A stretch of DNA of 63,871 nt, filler included, from Sphacelaria rigidula (Eukaryota), in NCBI GenBank assembly GCA_964200075.2. It is 6 parts of 6 records of this genome, joined end to end, with 100 filler letters (N's around TTAATTAATTAA, not from the genome) between each part and the next. Parts side by side here need not be neighbours in the genome. Positions count along the whole stretch, not along the records: positions 31,987 to 42,548 come from CAXNAA020006274.1; positions 42,649 to 53,210 come from CAXNAA020006275.1; 4 more parts are not named here. The stretch is one strand, 5' to 3'. Every line of letters begins with the position of its first letter. Position 1 is the stretch's first letter. Positions 36,617 to 49,900 of the stretch are shown here, in pieces. The position numbers and the translations under genes were made by a program. The notes below the pieces were generated by a model that worked only from the letters and a program-made list of their open reading frames with translations, made no database searches and had not been told where the DNA came from.

Positions 36617-37689
36617 GTTCATTGCCCATACCATATTTTAAGGTCCAACTTTAAATATGAAACTGCGAATAGGCCTACCAGCTACAAATCCGCTTCTAGG
36701 TTGGCCCAACCCGTATCGAGCATCACATCCACCAACCTAGCATGAATGGACCATTATTTTTTCTTCAAAGCTATTAGAATTGGGGCATAATATCTACAAA
36801 GCGAGCACCGCTTTCGGTGAGATTACGAGCATAAAATGACGACTACACGAGGGTGATTAGGAGAACCCTACATTGTGCGGCGGCACGAGAACGTTCATTA
36901 GTCCAAAAATAGCGATGTCAACAGACGCCAGGCTTACCAAATGCTACCTTACGTACTGAAAAAGATGGGGGCGCGGGGGTGGAGAGGCTCGGAGGGTATG
37001 GCGTGGAAAAACGAACAAGCTTCATCACCCCGCATCAGTATTCCGCTGAAAAGCTTCAACACCTATTCCTGCAACTTTTTGTGGTCCCAGACAAGAGGTT
37101 GCACATCTATGAGTACAGTAAAAACGTTGGCCTCGATTCTGAAATGTTCACTACACGGTCGTTTTCAGAGTTTCCGGTTCATGTGTGTCGTATCCACCGT
37201 CCTCTCCTTCGGCCGCCTAGAGCTATTTCACTTGGAAATAAGGCTAAACCTAACACCGATACATCGCACACATGTACTCACACAGGAACACTCTGACGCC
37301 GAAACACAAGGATCGGCGATATGGGAGGAAATTGCACTTTACCAATCACGGACTCACACTTGGCATCCGCAAAAGTGGCATATGTTCTTGTCGCATCGGC
37401 AGCACTTGGCGTTGAGGTCACGTTTGAAACTCTTACAGTATAGCAACCGCTGCAAGCTCATCATCCGCACTTGTCGTTGCCAAGGCAAGAATTTCTTTCG
37501 CGTTCCCATCACGAACACTACGGAGTTGCCCTCGCGGTGGCATACAGAAAAGTGAATATTTCAAGCTGCTGCTTCGCTGCGCCTGTCTTGACCAGCTCTA
37601 CCTAGGATGCGCCGCGCAGCAGTCCCTCGACAACCTCCTCTCGGCGCTCGTCCAACTTGGTCTCCGCCACCTGCAAGCGGCGCCCGCCC

Positions 37690-38110
37690 CATCCCTTCTC
37701 GGCCGCCTCCCGCGCTCGGTCGAGCGAGTCTCACCCACCTGCCAGCGGAGCCTGCCCACTCACACCTCGACCTGCCAGCGGGGCCCACCCAGATCAACGT
37801 CGGCCGGCTCCCGCCGGCGCTCGACCGCACGAGTGCCTGCCAAGTGTCACGGGTGCCTGTCCTCCCGCCGGCGCTCGGCCACCCCCCGCGGACGCTCGGC
37901 CGAACGAGTCCGTCCCAACTGTCACCGGTACCCGCCCACTTTCTTCTCGGTCACCTCCCGCCGGCGCTCGGCCGAGCGAGCCTCTCTCACGTGCCAGCTG
38001 CGCCCGCCCAATCCAAAGTTGGCCGGCTCCCGCCGGTACTCGACCACCCCCCGCTGACGCTCGACCGAACGAGTCGTTGCTAATTATCACCGGCGCCTGC
38101 CCAATCACAC
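37690..38110 (+). repeat. GC-rich degenerate tandem repeat
   Basis: Recurrent CTCCCGCCGGCGCTCGRCC...ACGAGT blocks. Reads as PPALGR or PPAGARP peptides in different frames. Confidence 0.7.
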
Positions 38111-38310
38111 CTCGGTCGCATTCCGCCAGCCCTGGCCCAAATGAATCCATGCCACCTACCACCGGCGCCAACCCAACGCCTATTCGAGCGTCTCCTGCAG
38201 TCGCTCGCCTAGGCGAGTCTCCACCGTCTGCCGCCGACGCACTTCTGCTCCCTTGTCGGGGTGACGTACCTCGACGAGGAACCGGTCTTGCCGGCCCGGC
38301 AGATCACACA

Positions 38311-38727
38311 ACACGGGATTTCACAAATTTGGGAATGGATTTTTTAATTGAGGATGAGAAACCCGGATAACTAAAACCTTCGTATTCACACCAAACGTTC
38401 GAACATGGTTCCATTTCTTCACTCACTAGTAGCTGTTGACAACTGCTACACGCGATACGAATTAGGATTTAAATAACCGAAATGTTGGGGTCCTAGGTGT
38501 AAAACCAATTTTGGGGGATTTCGGCTCAAAATTGTTTTTTCACCTAGGACCCCAACATGTCGGTTATCAGGATCCAATTTTGTATGGCGTGTAGTAGTTG
38601 TCAATAGCTACCAGTAGGTGGAGAAGTGGAACTATATTTCGAAGATTCGGTGTGGATACGAAGATTTGAATTTTCCGGGTTCTCATCCTCAACAAAAAAT
38701 CCATCCCCATTTCGTAAAACCCCGTGT
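38311..38727. mobile_element. Palindromic MITE (~417 bp) with ACACGGG/CCCGTGT termini
   Basis: Inverted arms meet at ~38520 (ATAACCGAAATGTTGGGGTCCTAGGTG / CACCTAGGACCCCAACATGTCGGTTAT). A partial copy lies at ~52035-52127. Confidence 0.85.
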
Positions 38728-39023
38728 TATACACCAGGCACAGACGCGCTGGAGCGCTGGAGCCGCCGTGCGTGATGAAGTTGGTCGCGACCTTGCAGCT
38801 GCACATGCAAATGCGGCCGCCAGCTGGCGAGTTGGCGGAAAGGTTCTGTTCGCGAAGATATCCATGACGGACTAATCGCGCCATGTGCAGCAGAAGCACG
38901 GTTGGTGCTGCTCATGGTTGCTCGCTAGGTCAGCGCGGAACGCACTACCCGCACCTGCACCTGCTCTGTGCCAACCTTCCAGAGCTCCAGCTACCAGCCC
39001 GTGTAGCGCGGGCTGCGCATGGG

Positions 39024-39198
39024 TATCAAACGGCTGTATCTTCGTAAAGTTGCGTACACTATAACACAGTCTGTTGTCATATGATGCGGTACTGTACTGA
39101 ACATATCCTGCGTATCATAACGGCTGTATCTTCGTTACGCTGCCTACACTACAATACAGTCTGTTGTCATACGGTGCGATACTATACTACACGTATCA
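39024..39198 (+). repeat. Two-copy tandem duplication (~88 bp)
   Basis: AACGGCTGTATCTTCGT...TACACTAYAAYACAGTCTGTTGTCATAYG..GCG.TACT occurs twice. Confidence 0.75.
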
Positions 39199-40837
39199 TA
39201 CTCCACGGTGGTTGCCGGTCGGTAATAATATGCGGTCGGTTTTGCAAACGAGTCTCTGTGCACACTATAATAACTACGACAAAACGGTAAAGGCTATTGC
39301 TGTGCTCTGTGCTCCTGCTGTCCGTCACATTAGCTCGATATCTCAAACCCGTGGTCTGTAAGGGTGCGTCATTTCACCGCATTTGTCGTATCGTGTCGAG
39401 CTTATTGTTATCGTTATCGTTATCGCTATCGCTTATCGAAATGTTTCCGATATGAACAATAAGTTCGATACGATACGATACATCAAAACGTTCGATACGA
39501 TATTCGATAACAAATGGTGGACGGATATTCAATACCAAATGGTGGGCGGCGGGCGCATGGGTACGTGTCAAATTATATAACGCATAGACTAATTTCAAGT
39601 AATATAATTTGTATATCACAAGTCCCTCTACATTATATAACGCATTATATAACGCAAACTTGATTTCAGCATGGACTCCGTCACACTTGTGCTCTCGAGC
39701 CTTGTGGTCCCCGCAGCCACCGCAGCCAGGACTGTGCTTCAGAAAGATGGTATCCAGTACACCGACGGACCCTCAAGCAGTGCTTTGTCTGTCTTTATGC
39801 GGGTTGTTGCGTCGAACCTTCGTCATGAGCGTCGTCGTGCCTGCGGTGCGGTTGCGGTGGCGGGGGTTGACGTTGCAGTCTCCATTTTTGCGCTTAGCTA
39901 GCTTTCGCCTCCTGTATCCTGCACGGCTTTGGATACGGGGCATCAGATAAGACGGTACTATCGTTGTCGCTGTGCGTTGTTTCATGCTCCCGAATAGCAT
40001 AACCCCAGAAGAGGACGAAATCGGCATTAATGCTGCTACTGTAGCTCTCTATTGCTGGCCGTCGTGCTCTTGTTCGGAATGGCTCGTGTTGATCGGTGCC
40101 GTACAGACAGTACTCACGCGATGCCCACCGCCTGGCCAGGGTTGGCGCATCTTGCGGTAAAGATACAGGTGGCACCGCGACAGAAATATTTTAGAGGTCC
40201 AATGGCGAAGACGACCAAGCACTCTACACACGAGACATCAGACAGCTAACGCAAAAATGTATGTCTCTTGTGTGTGCGATCCTGTGTGCTAGAGCACCGC
40301 CCCCCTTCGAAGATATACCGTGTAAGCTTGTTTTATGATGACATGGTGCTTGTGAAAATATCATCGATATACTGAACTGTTCTGGGCTGTAGCCAGCTAG
40401 CGGAGGGAAATGAAGCCCGGGCCGGGCCTGGACAGAAAAAAAAAAAAAATCTTAATGGCTTCTCTACGGTACATGGGGCTTGGGTAGCGCACGTGTGTCC
40501 GTCAACACAGAAATCCACGGTCAAATCCGTTGGAGAATCATGGAAAACAACGAAGAAGTAGCTGATTTTATTTTTATTTTTATATCACGACCCGTACCCA
40601 TGAACTCGGCGCCAAATGGTGGAAAAGCCTCCGCAACTGCTGCCGTGGGAAGAATTCTGCTGCAACCCTCCCTTCCCATCCGCGGACCTGATGCATCACC
40701 ATTTCGAGCCGTGAAAAAAGAAGGAAGTAGATCCCAAAAAGACCTACCGAAATGATGTATGTGGGAGACTAGTTTGCTCCTCTCCAACTCTTTTCGGACT
40801 GATCTCCAGTAATAAGGGGGTTCACCATGCGTTGGTA

Positions 40838-41270
40838 TAATAATAATAAGAAAGTCTGGGAGCGACTTGCCCGATCACCGGGAGGCGAAATTCATCGACC
40901 AAATTCGAACGATCAGTGGGGGTGGGGCTGTCGCCGGGATTGACGTCACTGCCGAGTTTGTGTGTGTACCCTGCCTCTGGTACAAAAAAAAGCTTTCGAA
41001 GCAAAAGGAAGCCGCGATGGTCGGGGAGCTCTTTACCGTTTTTTTTCATTTACTTGCATTTTATATAGGTCACTGCGGAGTTTGTGTGTGTACCCTGTCC
41101 CTGTCCACAAAAAAGCCTCCGAAGCATTGTCATTTACTTGCATATAATATCAATCCGTCCTCCATTCCCCCGAATTTATTTGGGGTTACCATCCCACATT
41201 AAAACGAAGTAATTAGACTAACACAGGGTGCTAGGGGGAATACGGGAAACGCATACCCTATTATATATGT
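40838..41270 (+). repeat. Dispersed repeat, copy 2 of the 20871-21224 family, with an internal duplication
   Basis: Colinear with 20871-21224. The segment GTGTGTACCCTG...CATTTACTTGCAT occurs twice. Confidence 0.85.
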
Positions 41271-42139
41271 GCTCATGTTCACGAGGCGACTGAATCTAGC
41301 AACGCCATGAAACGAGAGACGGAGCCAGAGGCATGAACTCGGCGTATCCCTGTACTGAGGTGGTACAGCATTCAGTGAGGTCGAATGTGGTCGACGGGAA
41401 CGAACACGCAGCTGATCTCCATCGCGGAGAACTGCCCTGAACGAGTGAGGGAGTATGCAGCGGCAGCTGCTGCTGCAGTCGGAGAGGCGTACTGTACTTT
41501 ACTGTGTGTGCGCCGCAATGCCCATGCCCTTCGAAGAGAATTTGCCGCTTGCAACAAAAGAGGGAAATCGTAGCCCACCCCGATCACAAAGGGCTTCGTG
41601 GCAAGGTGATGTGGACAAGACTATCATTCAAAGCCACAAGTGGCGGACGGCCCGCCGGTCGTCGCATCCTGATGAAAGCTCTCTACGGCAACCCGTACTG
41701 CTTGATACATCTGTACATTACCTGATGCGCATCCCACCCGAATTACAGTTTGTACCTCGACCTGAAAATAGATTGGATGGAACTTTTGGTCTTTGTCCTA
41801 ATCTCTCGGTTACATACGTTCGTTTTCAGCAACATGAAACCACTGTTTCGTGTAGACGCCAGACACGTCATTCCCCACCAGCCTCATGGTCGTTCTGAGG
41901 GAAAGGGTTAATATGAATACCAAATGTGACGCAACGCAAAATCTGAGCCAGACCATAACATGCACATCTGTGCATGTGTTCATTTCCGCTACTGCATTTT
42001 CCACTACACGCCTCTTCTAATTTACTCTGAAAATCGTGCTGTACCCAATGCCCGAAGCCTGTCCCTCCAGGTCCAACCACGGTATGAATCTATTATTTAC
42101 CCCGGTCGTGAAAACACGATGTGATCCAAACATACCCAC

Positions 42140-42400
42140 TTTAACACCGCATTAGAGCTGTTCTATCTCTGAATTACGGCCGACCATGAACCTGCCGCCG
42201 CCAATCTGGTGGCTCCTCCACTTCGCCCAGAACGTAAAGCGTACTCAAGTGGTTGTAAACCTTGATACTGAACCAATGCTCTCAACGCGAGTGTGGCCTG
42301 ACTTCGCGTCCGTGCTGTCCACGTTGTTCCTGAAGGGTATGCCGCTAAAGATACTTCCGCGCCTAGAGTTGGGTGCATGAACATCAATTCCAGCACTGTG
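42140..42400 (-). pseudogene. Tyrosine recombinase C-terminal fragment (DIRS/Ngaro or Crypton type)
   Basis: ATLALRALVQYQGLQPLEYALRSGRSGGATRLAAAG...VIQR* matches the HSxRxGGATxLAxxG...IxxxGRW box. The His is replaced by Arg and the frame is truncated. Confidence 0.8.
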
Positions 42401-42548
42401 TCAATGCCTACCCGCCCATGGGGTTGGCGTCGGTTGGCGGTGACGCCGTAAAACACGCCACTCACTGCGTAAGCTAGGCAACCAGGTTACCGATTTTTTT
42501 GCGCGCTTTCGTTTTTTTGCGGTAGCCATGATGGTGGTCGAGCTAGAT

Positions 42549-42648
42549 NNNNNNNNNNNNNNNNNNNNNNNNNNNNNNNNNNNNNNNNNNNNTTAATTAA
42601 TTAANNNNNNNNNNNNNNNNNNNNNNNNNNNNNNNNNNNNNNNNNNNN
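42549..42648. other. Artificial contig spacer
   Basis: N44-TTAATTAATTAA-N44. Confidence 0.99.
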
Positions 42649-42905
42649 CCCCCCCTCCCCTCTCTAAAGGGTGCGGCGGCCACTGGCCACACCCCCAAGC
42701 CAACCCAAAAATTAGTACGCCCCCCCCCCCCGCCCCCCCAAGCCCTGCCGGGTCGGAGTTCGTTGCAAAATCACTCCATGAAGTAGTTGCGGGCCTTGAG
42801 GCGGGGCGCGTGGTTACGCTGGAGGACGTTCAATCGTAGCTGACAGAACACAGAACCACAGCAAACGCCCGGGCTGTCCTCGACAAGCGCACAAGAAAGC
42901 AAGCG

Positions 42906-45850
42906 GTGAGAATTGTTGACATGGTGACGGCGGTCGGCACAGTCAACGCCAAGGTGGAGAAGATAAGCAGGGTTGAAGGGACTTCATGCGATGTACGGCA
43001 GAAGTTCATCTACCTCGTGCCTTCCGCTGTCGCACCCAAGGTAGCCATGGCGGCCGAAGTTAAAGTTCGCCATATGCTTGCCAGAGTGCAAGAACTGAAG
43101 CGTTCGGTCTCCCGCCTCAACACCCAGCTCGAGAGTGGTTCGCCCTCCGAACCCGCGCTCGAACGGATGACAGCTGCCAGGTCGACGGATGAGAAACGGA
43201 CCGTGGTCATAGCTGCTGAATTTATCGTTAGGATGGAAGTTGGAGATGTACAAGAACTGCGGAACGTGTCGGAGGATAGGGCCTGGAAATACGCGGCTGA
43301 CATTTCCAGAAACATTCCCCTAAATAATGATTGTCTGACGCATGATACCCCGCCGACACTGTTGGCGTCGCTGAGCAGTCTTCGCCATTTGAATGCGTCA
43401 AGTAGGGATGACCCGGACTTGCTTCTTCCGGCCGAGGAAGAGAAGTAGGGAAGGGGCTCCGTACATACGCCTTGCAACACCAGGGCAACTGATTTCGCCA
43501 TGCCGGCGCGGGGTGGAGCGGCTGGCTTGCTGGGCACCGCGGAGGGCTCTGGTGGTGGTACGTCACGATGGGACGCGGGGCAGTTGCAGGAGAATCGGTG
43601 ATATCCCGCGACAGCGCGACAGCGCATGGATTGACGGAACGGGAAAAGGTATTGCGGAGGAAGATCAGGATCAGGGAAAAGCAGACCCGGAGGCTTTACA
43701 TGCTGGCGCAAATCCTGGCCAAGACGTTTTTAGGCCGAGTATTCAGAGCGGCGCACGACTTCCATTTAGCGCATGTATTGAAAACGCACGGAATGCCTGT
43801 AGCGGTCATTGATTACGTCGCCGTCCACGGATTCTGTATGACAGAGTCGATGCGGCACGAGCGAGAGCAGTACTTCGTGAAGTCGAGGGCTGCTACGATC
43901 CCCTGGTACAGCGCAATTTTCGGCCCAAGACGGCTGTTACTGGAGCCGCCGTACATGTGAGTACTTTAGCGGTCATCTGCGTGGCTTTAGCAATCTGCTT
44001 GGAAATCTGTCGCTTATACGGGCGCACTGCCGACAAGAACAGCTGGTGGCCGCAAATATCACGACGGAACTTCTCTGGCGCAGGGATGGGGAGAAATAGG
44101 ACCGTTAACCCTCCGTCTTCGACGACGCAGCATTCCGTTGCGCGGTGGCAAGGATCGTAGGCGAAGGTGGCGACATCCACACGTGCTTGTAGATCGAACT
44201 CAAACAGGTGAGATGAGTTGTCCAGTTGTGTGTACACTTGGGCTAAACGTGTACGTGAACTTGTCGAGGCCTTTCCCTCCAATGTTGGTCGGGTCACCAG
44301 TGTGAAAATTTTGCAACATGACGCACCGGTGCGTGTGGCCCGGCGTCGTGCCTAGCATGAGAATAATATTTTGACCTTGGCGCTGTGATCACATGCACTC
44401 CAGGCCGTTCACGTGGTGATTGGTTGTTGTTTCATAGAGAGGGCAGAAATCCGCACAGTCGCCGCGCCTAGGTGATCACGTTGATATGACTGGCACCACG
44501 TAATACGGAATGATGCGGGTTCGATATCCCGACAGACGCAGTTTGTGTCTTGTCTGATCAGTCCTTCAACTCCATCGTGAAAACACGAAGTCGCGAGTAG
44601 CAGGAAAATACCTTGTGAAAACATCACAGTGAATGTAGGAGTGCTTATCCTATTTGTGATTCCATTCAATCAAAATCGTGTACAGCGGGCGGTATGGGAT
44701 GGTCCCTTGAGACCACCCATCCATCCCACAAAAGAGGAGGGTGGAAAGTGTGGGGTGAGAAAAAATGTAAAACGGTGTGTAACTCCCAAAATCGTCCGCC
44801 CTCGTTTAATCTCGCGGTCGATAATTCTTCCGCCAGGCAATACCTATGATGCAGAGGCAACCGCATGTGCGCAAGCTCCTCTTCATACGGTTGGGCACCA
44901 TCAAGAGTTGGTCCGACTCGAAGGCCACCATGAACCGACTTGCTGACATATGCCGTGTGGACGAGAGGCGCGCGGCGATGGCATGTACAGTTGCCGACGA
45001 CGAGGAGACGTATCGGTTCATGTACCCCCTCGTCTGGATTAATCCTGGCCACTATCACTGGCTCAGAAACATACGTGAGTGACCGGCGCCTTCTGTACCA
45101 AATGGCGAAGGTATTCATTAACCGATATTGGGGGGCGGGGATAGATCACATCGCAGAGGCACTTGGTGTGGACGGAAGAAAAGAATCGGATATAGCAACT
45201 ATGGGGTGGCACACCATACCATCAGCGTGTTATTCGAAGCGATGTGGGGTAAAATCGTCGCCGTGTACTACTCAGAGCATGGCGCCAGTATGGAGGTTAC
45301 CAACGTCGAAGCCGCGACGGGCACCGCCGCTGAAGCACCAAGCTCCGCAACAGAAGCAGGATCGGGCCAAAACATCGGTACAAGCACCAGGCACAGTAAC
45401 AACACCATCCGTGCCACCGATCGCCACCCTCAAAGTACAAACTGCGTGCGCCGCCGCGCCATCGCCTCTGCAGAAGGAGAGTACAGCAGCGCCCACACTC
45501 GGCGTCGGGCCGGCGGCACCCTCCTCCATCATAGCAGCACCAGGCGGTGCGGGGGCGACGGAGAGTGTCGGCACGGGTCAGCAATCAAGTCGACCGTGAA
45601 GCCTCCAGGCTCCAAACCCCTTAATGGAATGCTCACAGTGAATTTCAGCGTCACGCATGGAGCGTCGAGCCGGAAGAAAAGATCGGCCACAACGGTGGCA
45701 GGGAATCAGCGAGCAGAGGGGTGGTGGAGCTTACGCGGGACAACACAGTTGTGTACTTATCAAGCAACACATCCTTTGGCATATCCGGGAACGTGCGAGC
45801 CTTCAGATGTTCATGGAAGTTGGAAAAGGTGGCGCAAAGAGGTTACCGGT
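42906..45850 (+). pseudogene. Fragmented large ORF, possibly an Academ-like (DUF6589-type) transposase
   Basis: Successive frameshifted fragments VWINPGHYHWLRNI / FINRYWGAGIDHIAEALG / SNYGVAHHTISVLFEAMW resemble the PGxFH...YxGxGL...KxYxxAxxxH..EA motif order. No TIRs were seen. Confidence 0.4.
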
Positions 45851-46640
45851 GCCAAACCTGCAGGTGTTTGGGGAACTGCATATTGCGCTACGGTTGCCAG
45901 GGCCACTGCTTCTTGCCGTCGCCTTCTGCCCCAGCGACCGGCGCGACTCTCACCGGTGATACCGCTGAAGAGAATGTCGGTGCACACCGCTGATCCCATT
46001 ATGGGCTGGGGAGACCCACGGCGGACCATAGAAGGGGCGGGTCAGCGGCGAACCATGGAGGGGCGAGGCGAATGACGCGAGGAAGGCGTCGGGGGCAGCT
46101 GTTAATAGGGGTTATGCTGAGGAGCCGTGCTTGCGCGACGGCGGGATAGCGGTGGGAGGGGGGTCGGATCCGGGAATAGATGCTACCAGTCGCAACTGTT
46201 GCGACGGTGGGTCAGATGGCTTCATCATTCGCGGGTCGAAGTCTTCAGTCGGTATCTGGATTGGAGATCCGAGTGGACTCGGCATCGGAAGCTGGCAACA
46301 AGTGTTGTGATGATTTCGCGTTTGGTAAAACGAATTGGGAAACTCGGAGACATACCTCCTGTAGATACGTTGCACGCATGTATATGAAAGCCGAAGATTG
46401 TCTTCCCCGGTAGGTAGTCATAAAACGTGCGTCGCGCTGATAGTGAGGGTGTGTAGTGCTTGGTGCGCTGCGCCCTCAGGTGCACAGGTTTATGGCGGGG
46501 AGTTCGGCGACGCCCTTGGGCGTATCGTTGGCTGTGCGTGAGGATAGATATTGATATCAAATCGAACGATTGTATCGATGCAAAAGATAAGTCAGGAGCA
46601 AACCGTGGTCTCGAACTGGACATTTCAAAATATTGTGCAG

Positions 46641-46904
46641 TGTTGAGGTGTACGTGCATGGGAGCGAGACTGTCAAGCTATAGTTATGGTTTCCGGATGG
46701 ATACAGAAGCTCAATCTTTTACAGTTGTATGTAATGCGGCGTAACTATCTGTATGTTATAAGAGTGATCGTGTATGATAAAAGAGTGATCCAGTCTGTTG
46801 TTCCCAGCTTCTTGCTCAAGCGTTAAGCCTCCCCACGAGCCCTAAGGGAGGCACATACAGCACTATCACACCTGAGGTGTGACTAGGTGCAGCTTTTCCT
46901 CTCA
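46641..46904 (+). repeat. Copia 5' LTR (264 bp)
   Basis: TGTTGAGGTGTACGTGCAT...CACACCTGAGGTGTGACTAGG...CTCA, homologous to 51498-51769. Confidence 0.95.
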
Positions 46905-46916
46905 GGCCATGAGCCC
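46905..46916 (+). other. Primer-binding site (GGCCATGAGCCC), similar to the copia-type half-tRNAiMet PBS GGTTATGGGCCC
   Basis: Immediately follows the CA of the 5' LTR and lacks a TGG start. Confidence 0.65.
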
Positions 46917-46951
46917 CGCTTAGTAGGAGTAAGTACTGGAACATTCCCACG

Positions 46952-49900
46952 ATGGCAGCGCAAGGGATCCGGGATCGACGCAGCCTGACGGGTATCTCAC
47001 TTGGTAAGTCTCTGATTACTTTCTCCGGTAAATTTTTCAAGCACCCGGGAGAATGGAAGATCTTCGAGAAATTGTTTCTCGCTACGACGCGTGAGTTGGG
47101 CGGGGGAGGTATACCCTCTGGAAAGTGGAAGGCACCCGAGGCGCTAGCAGCAGATGCTGATGAAGCAGCCAGGACTGCTAACGAGATGGAACTTGAAACA
47201 TACCACGAGAAGAACGAGATACTGCACGGCCGATTGCAGATGAGGGTTTCGCAGGGGTTCTGGCATGCACGAGTCCTGCAGTCGCGACGGTGATCGTCCA
47301 TAGCCCCGCGCACAAAGAACTAAATGGGGACGCCTATGTAATACTTCATGCCCTGAAATATAAGTATGATGTAAGAGGTCGTTTCTGCAGGTCGGATCTT
47401 GAAGAACGGTTGACTGCGGTCAACATGCAATCCGAAGATAAGTTGGATCCATCGCGCCTGATCCAAGGAATTAGAAGCATTCAGGCGAACGCCATAGCAA
47501 TTGGTTAACCCCAGATCTCGAGTCATCTTGCTCGCAAGTTTTTTCGTTCATTACCGGACAAACACTGTCAGCCTTTCAAGACTGCCTATACGTAGCAAGT
47601 GACGAGTATGGATGAATTTGACTTCGAAGACCTTGCTCGTCGGGCAGTAGCATTCTTGAATATACAACTGAGACATTGTTTGAAACAATCTTCGAAGACA
47701 GGGAACGAGAGTGCACTAGCTACAAACGCTCATGGGGGAACGCGGGAGTCGGCATTCGCTAGATTAGGGCGACCCAACACAATGGAGACCGCCGACAGAG
47801 TTCAGAAAGCGAGCCCAAGTGCGGATGATTCTCACGGGCTGGATCGCAACGGCAACTGCTCGTATTGCCATGAACCCAGTCACAGACATAGTGAATGTAA
47901 GCGCCGGGTGCGCAACTAATGTAGACGTCTTGGACACTACATGAAAGAAATGCCGCCTGAGAGAACAACACGAAAGCGAATACGGTGACAAGCCGCGGGG
48001 CGCAAGAGCCCACAACTCAAAGATCCAAAGCGGCGATGAGGAGAGTGAAACAACAGTGGCCTGGTGTAGCCGGGCAGTTGGGGACACGGGCGGTAACACC
48101 GAAAATGCTGAGATCCATACGGTTTTTCTGGACTGTGCGGTTAGCGAACACATGCTCGGCCCGTCCTCACCTCCGATTTGAAACGTGAAGGAACGTCTGG
48201 AGTGCAAGGTACGAGTCAAGGGTTCGTGCGGGGCGAAAGAGGCTAACACCAAAGGTCGTTTGTATTTCAAACTACCGACTGAAGAACGCCGGGCTCCCCT
48301 GCATCTTGGGGTACTCCTTGTCCCGAAACTTGGCGCAGATCTATTCTCCGTTGCAGCTCTGGAAGAAAAGGGTGTACGTCTAAAATCTTATCCGTGATCC
48401 TCCTGTGCTTGAATTCGGAGATGAAATATTTCCCGTCAGCAAAGAGATAAAGAGCGTGTTTGTCCTACCAACGACTGTCGCGAATAACCAGGAGAAGGTT
48501 TTCGCATCAGTACAGGACGAATCTGATATTTGGCATCGACGCGTGGGGCCCTGTAATATCAAAAACTTGAAGCAGCTCGCGGAACGAGAAGGAATTGGAA
48601 TCAAGCTGTCAACGAATGTTCAAGACTTGGACTATCACGTATGTTCGGTATCGAAACACAAGAAAAGTACACACCCAAGATCTGATCGCCCACAGAACAC
48701 TAGGCGACTTGAATTAGTCCTCACCGGCCTACGGGATCCGCGTGTTGCTGAACCATACACCGGATGCAAATATTTGGCCATTTTCACCGACGAATTGTCA
48801 CGAATGTGTTGGATATATGCCCTGAAGTCGAAGGACGACGCCGTCGAAGCTCTGAGGGAATTCGATAAAGACGTGGCGGATCCGGAGAGACTGTGCATTG
48901 GCCGAATCAGGTGCGATGGCGGTGGTGAGTTTCAGGGTCGATCTTCTGAGTAGACGAAGTCGTTGGGATTAAGATCGAATCCAAAGCAACATGCGTTCCG
49001 CAAGGAAATGCCGTCGCCGAGCGAGGACTCGGAATATTATAGAAATAACACAGTGTCTTATGTTGGGAGCGAAGCATCTGCCGGATCAGTTGTGGGTAAA
49101 GGCAGCTCACTCAACCGTGTATGTGTGCAATCGGACTGCTTCGTCTGCACCGGACAGCTAAACACCTCAAGAACTCTGGTATGATCGGGAGCTGGGAAGC
49201 CTTGAACACATATATGAGTGGGGTTGCACAGCGTTTAAACAAGTCGAAGTTCGCCACCGTAGTGGGAAACGAGCACCTCGTGCGGAAAAGTACTATCTCG
49301 TGGGCTAAAACAGCCACAATCATACACGGCGCTTATGGAACCCGGCTAACCCGACCAGGTTCGCAAACTCTGGAGAAGTATCGTTCCGAGACAGGGCAAC
49401 TAGAGACTGCCCGAAGGAAGTGGGAATACGAGATGGTCTACCAAGTTTCACGCAACATTTCAATTACCCGCAGTCTCAGGACCACCCAAGAACTTCATGT
49501 GCAGAACTACGTCAGCTGCAATAACCTGCACCCGTTCCTGCAGAAAACACCGGTGAGAAAGGTCAGTTATGTACAAGCGCTAGGATCAGGGATCGCGCCG
49601 AAGGAGGTAACACAAAGCATTGGTTGTTGTCCGTGGATACGCGAAGACAGAAACTCGACGATCACCAAGACTCGAGTTGCGAACAAGTGGAATATGCTCT
49701 CGTGGCCGGGCTACTACACAAGAAAGGGAGCGAACAGGATGAGTTTACAAGAACAGATCCGGAGAATCACTCGGAAGCTGTCAGAGGCGACCATACTAAG
49801 GGGTGGGTTGAAATTAGTAGCGAAGAAGCGCTGGTCGCTTCAGGATCGTGTCGTGTTCGAGTGGGTTGATCCTCCAGAGGACAAAGATGTGAAACCCATT

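Noticed and set aside
37561-38370. Pro/Ala-rich ORFs as real genes
   Set aside because: Open frames on both strands are explained by a GC-rich tandem repeat; there is no domain or splice support.
42140-46075. YR fragment and the adjacent large ORFs as one DIRS-like element
   Set aside because: They lie on different contigs separated by the spacer at 42549-42648.
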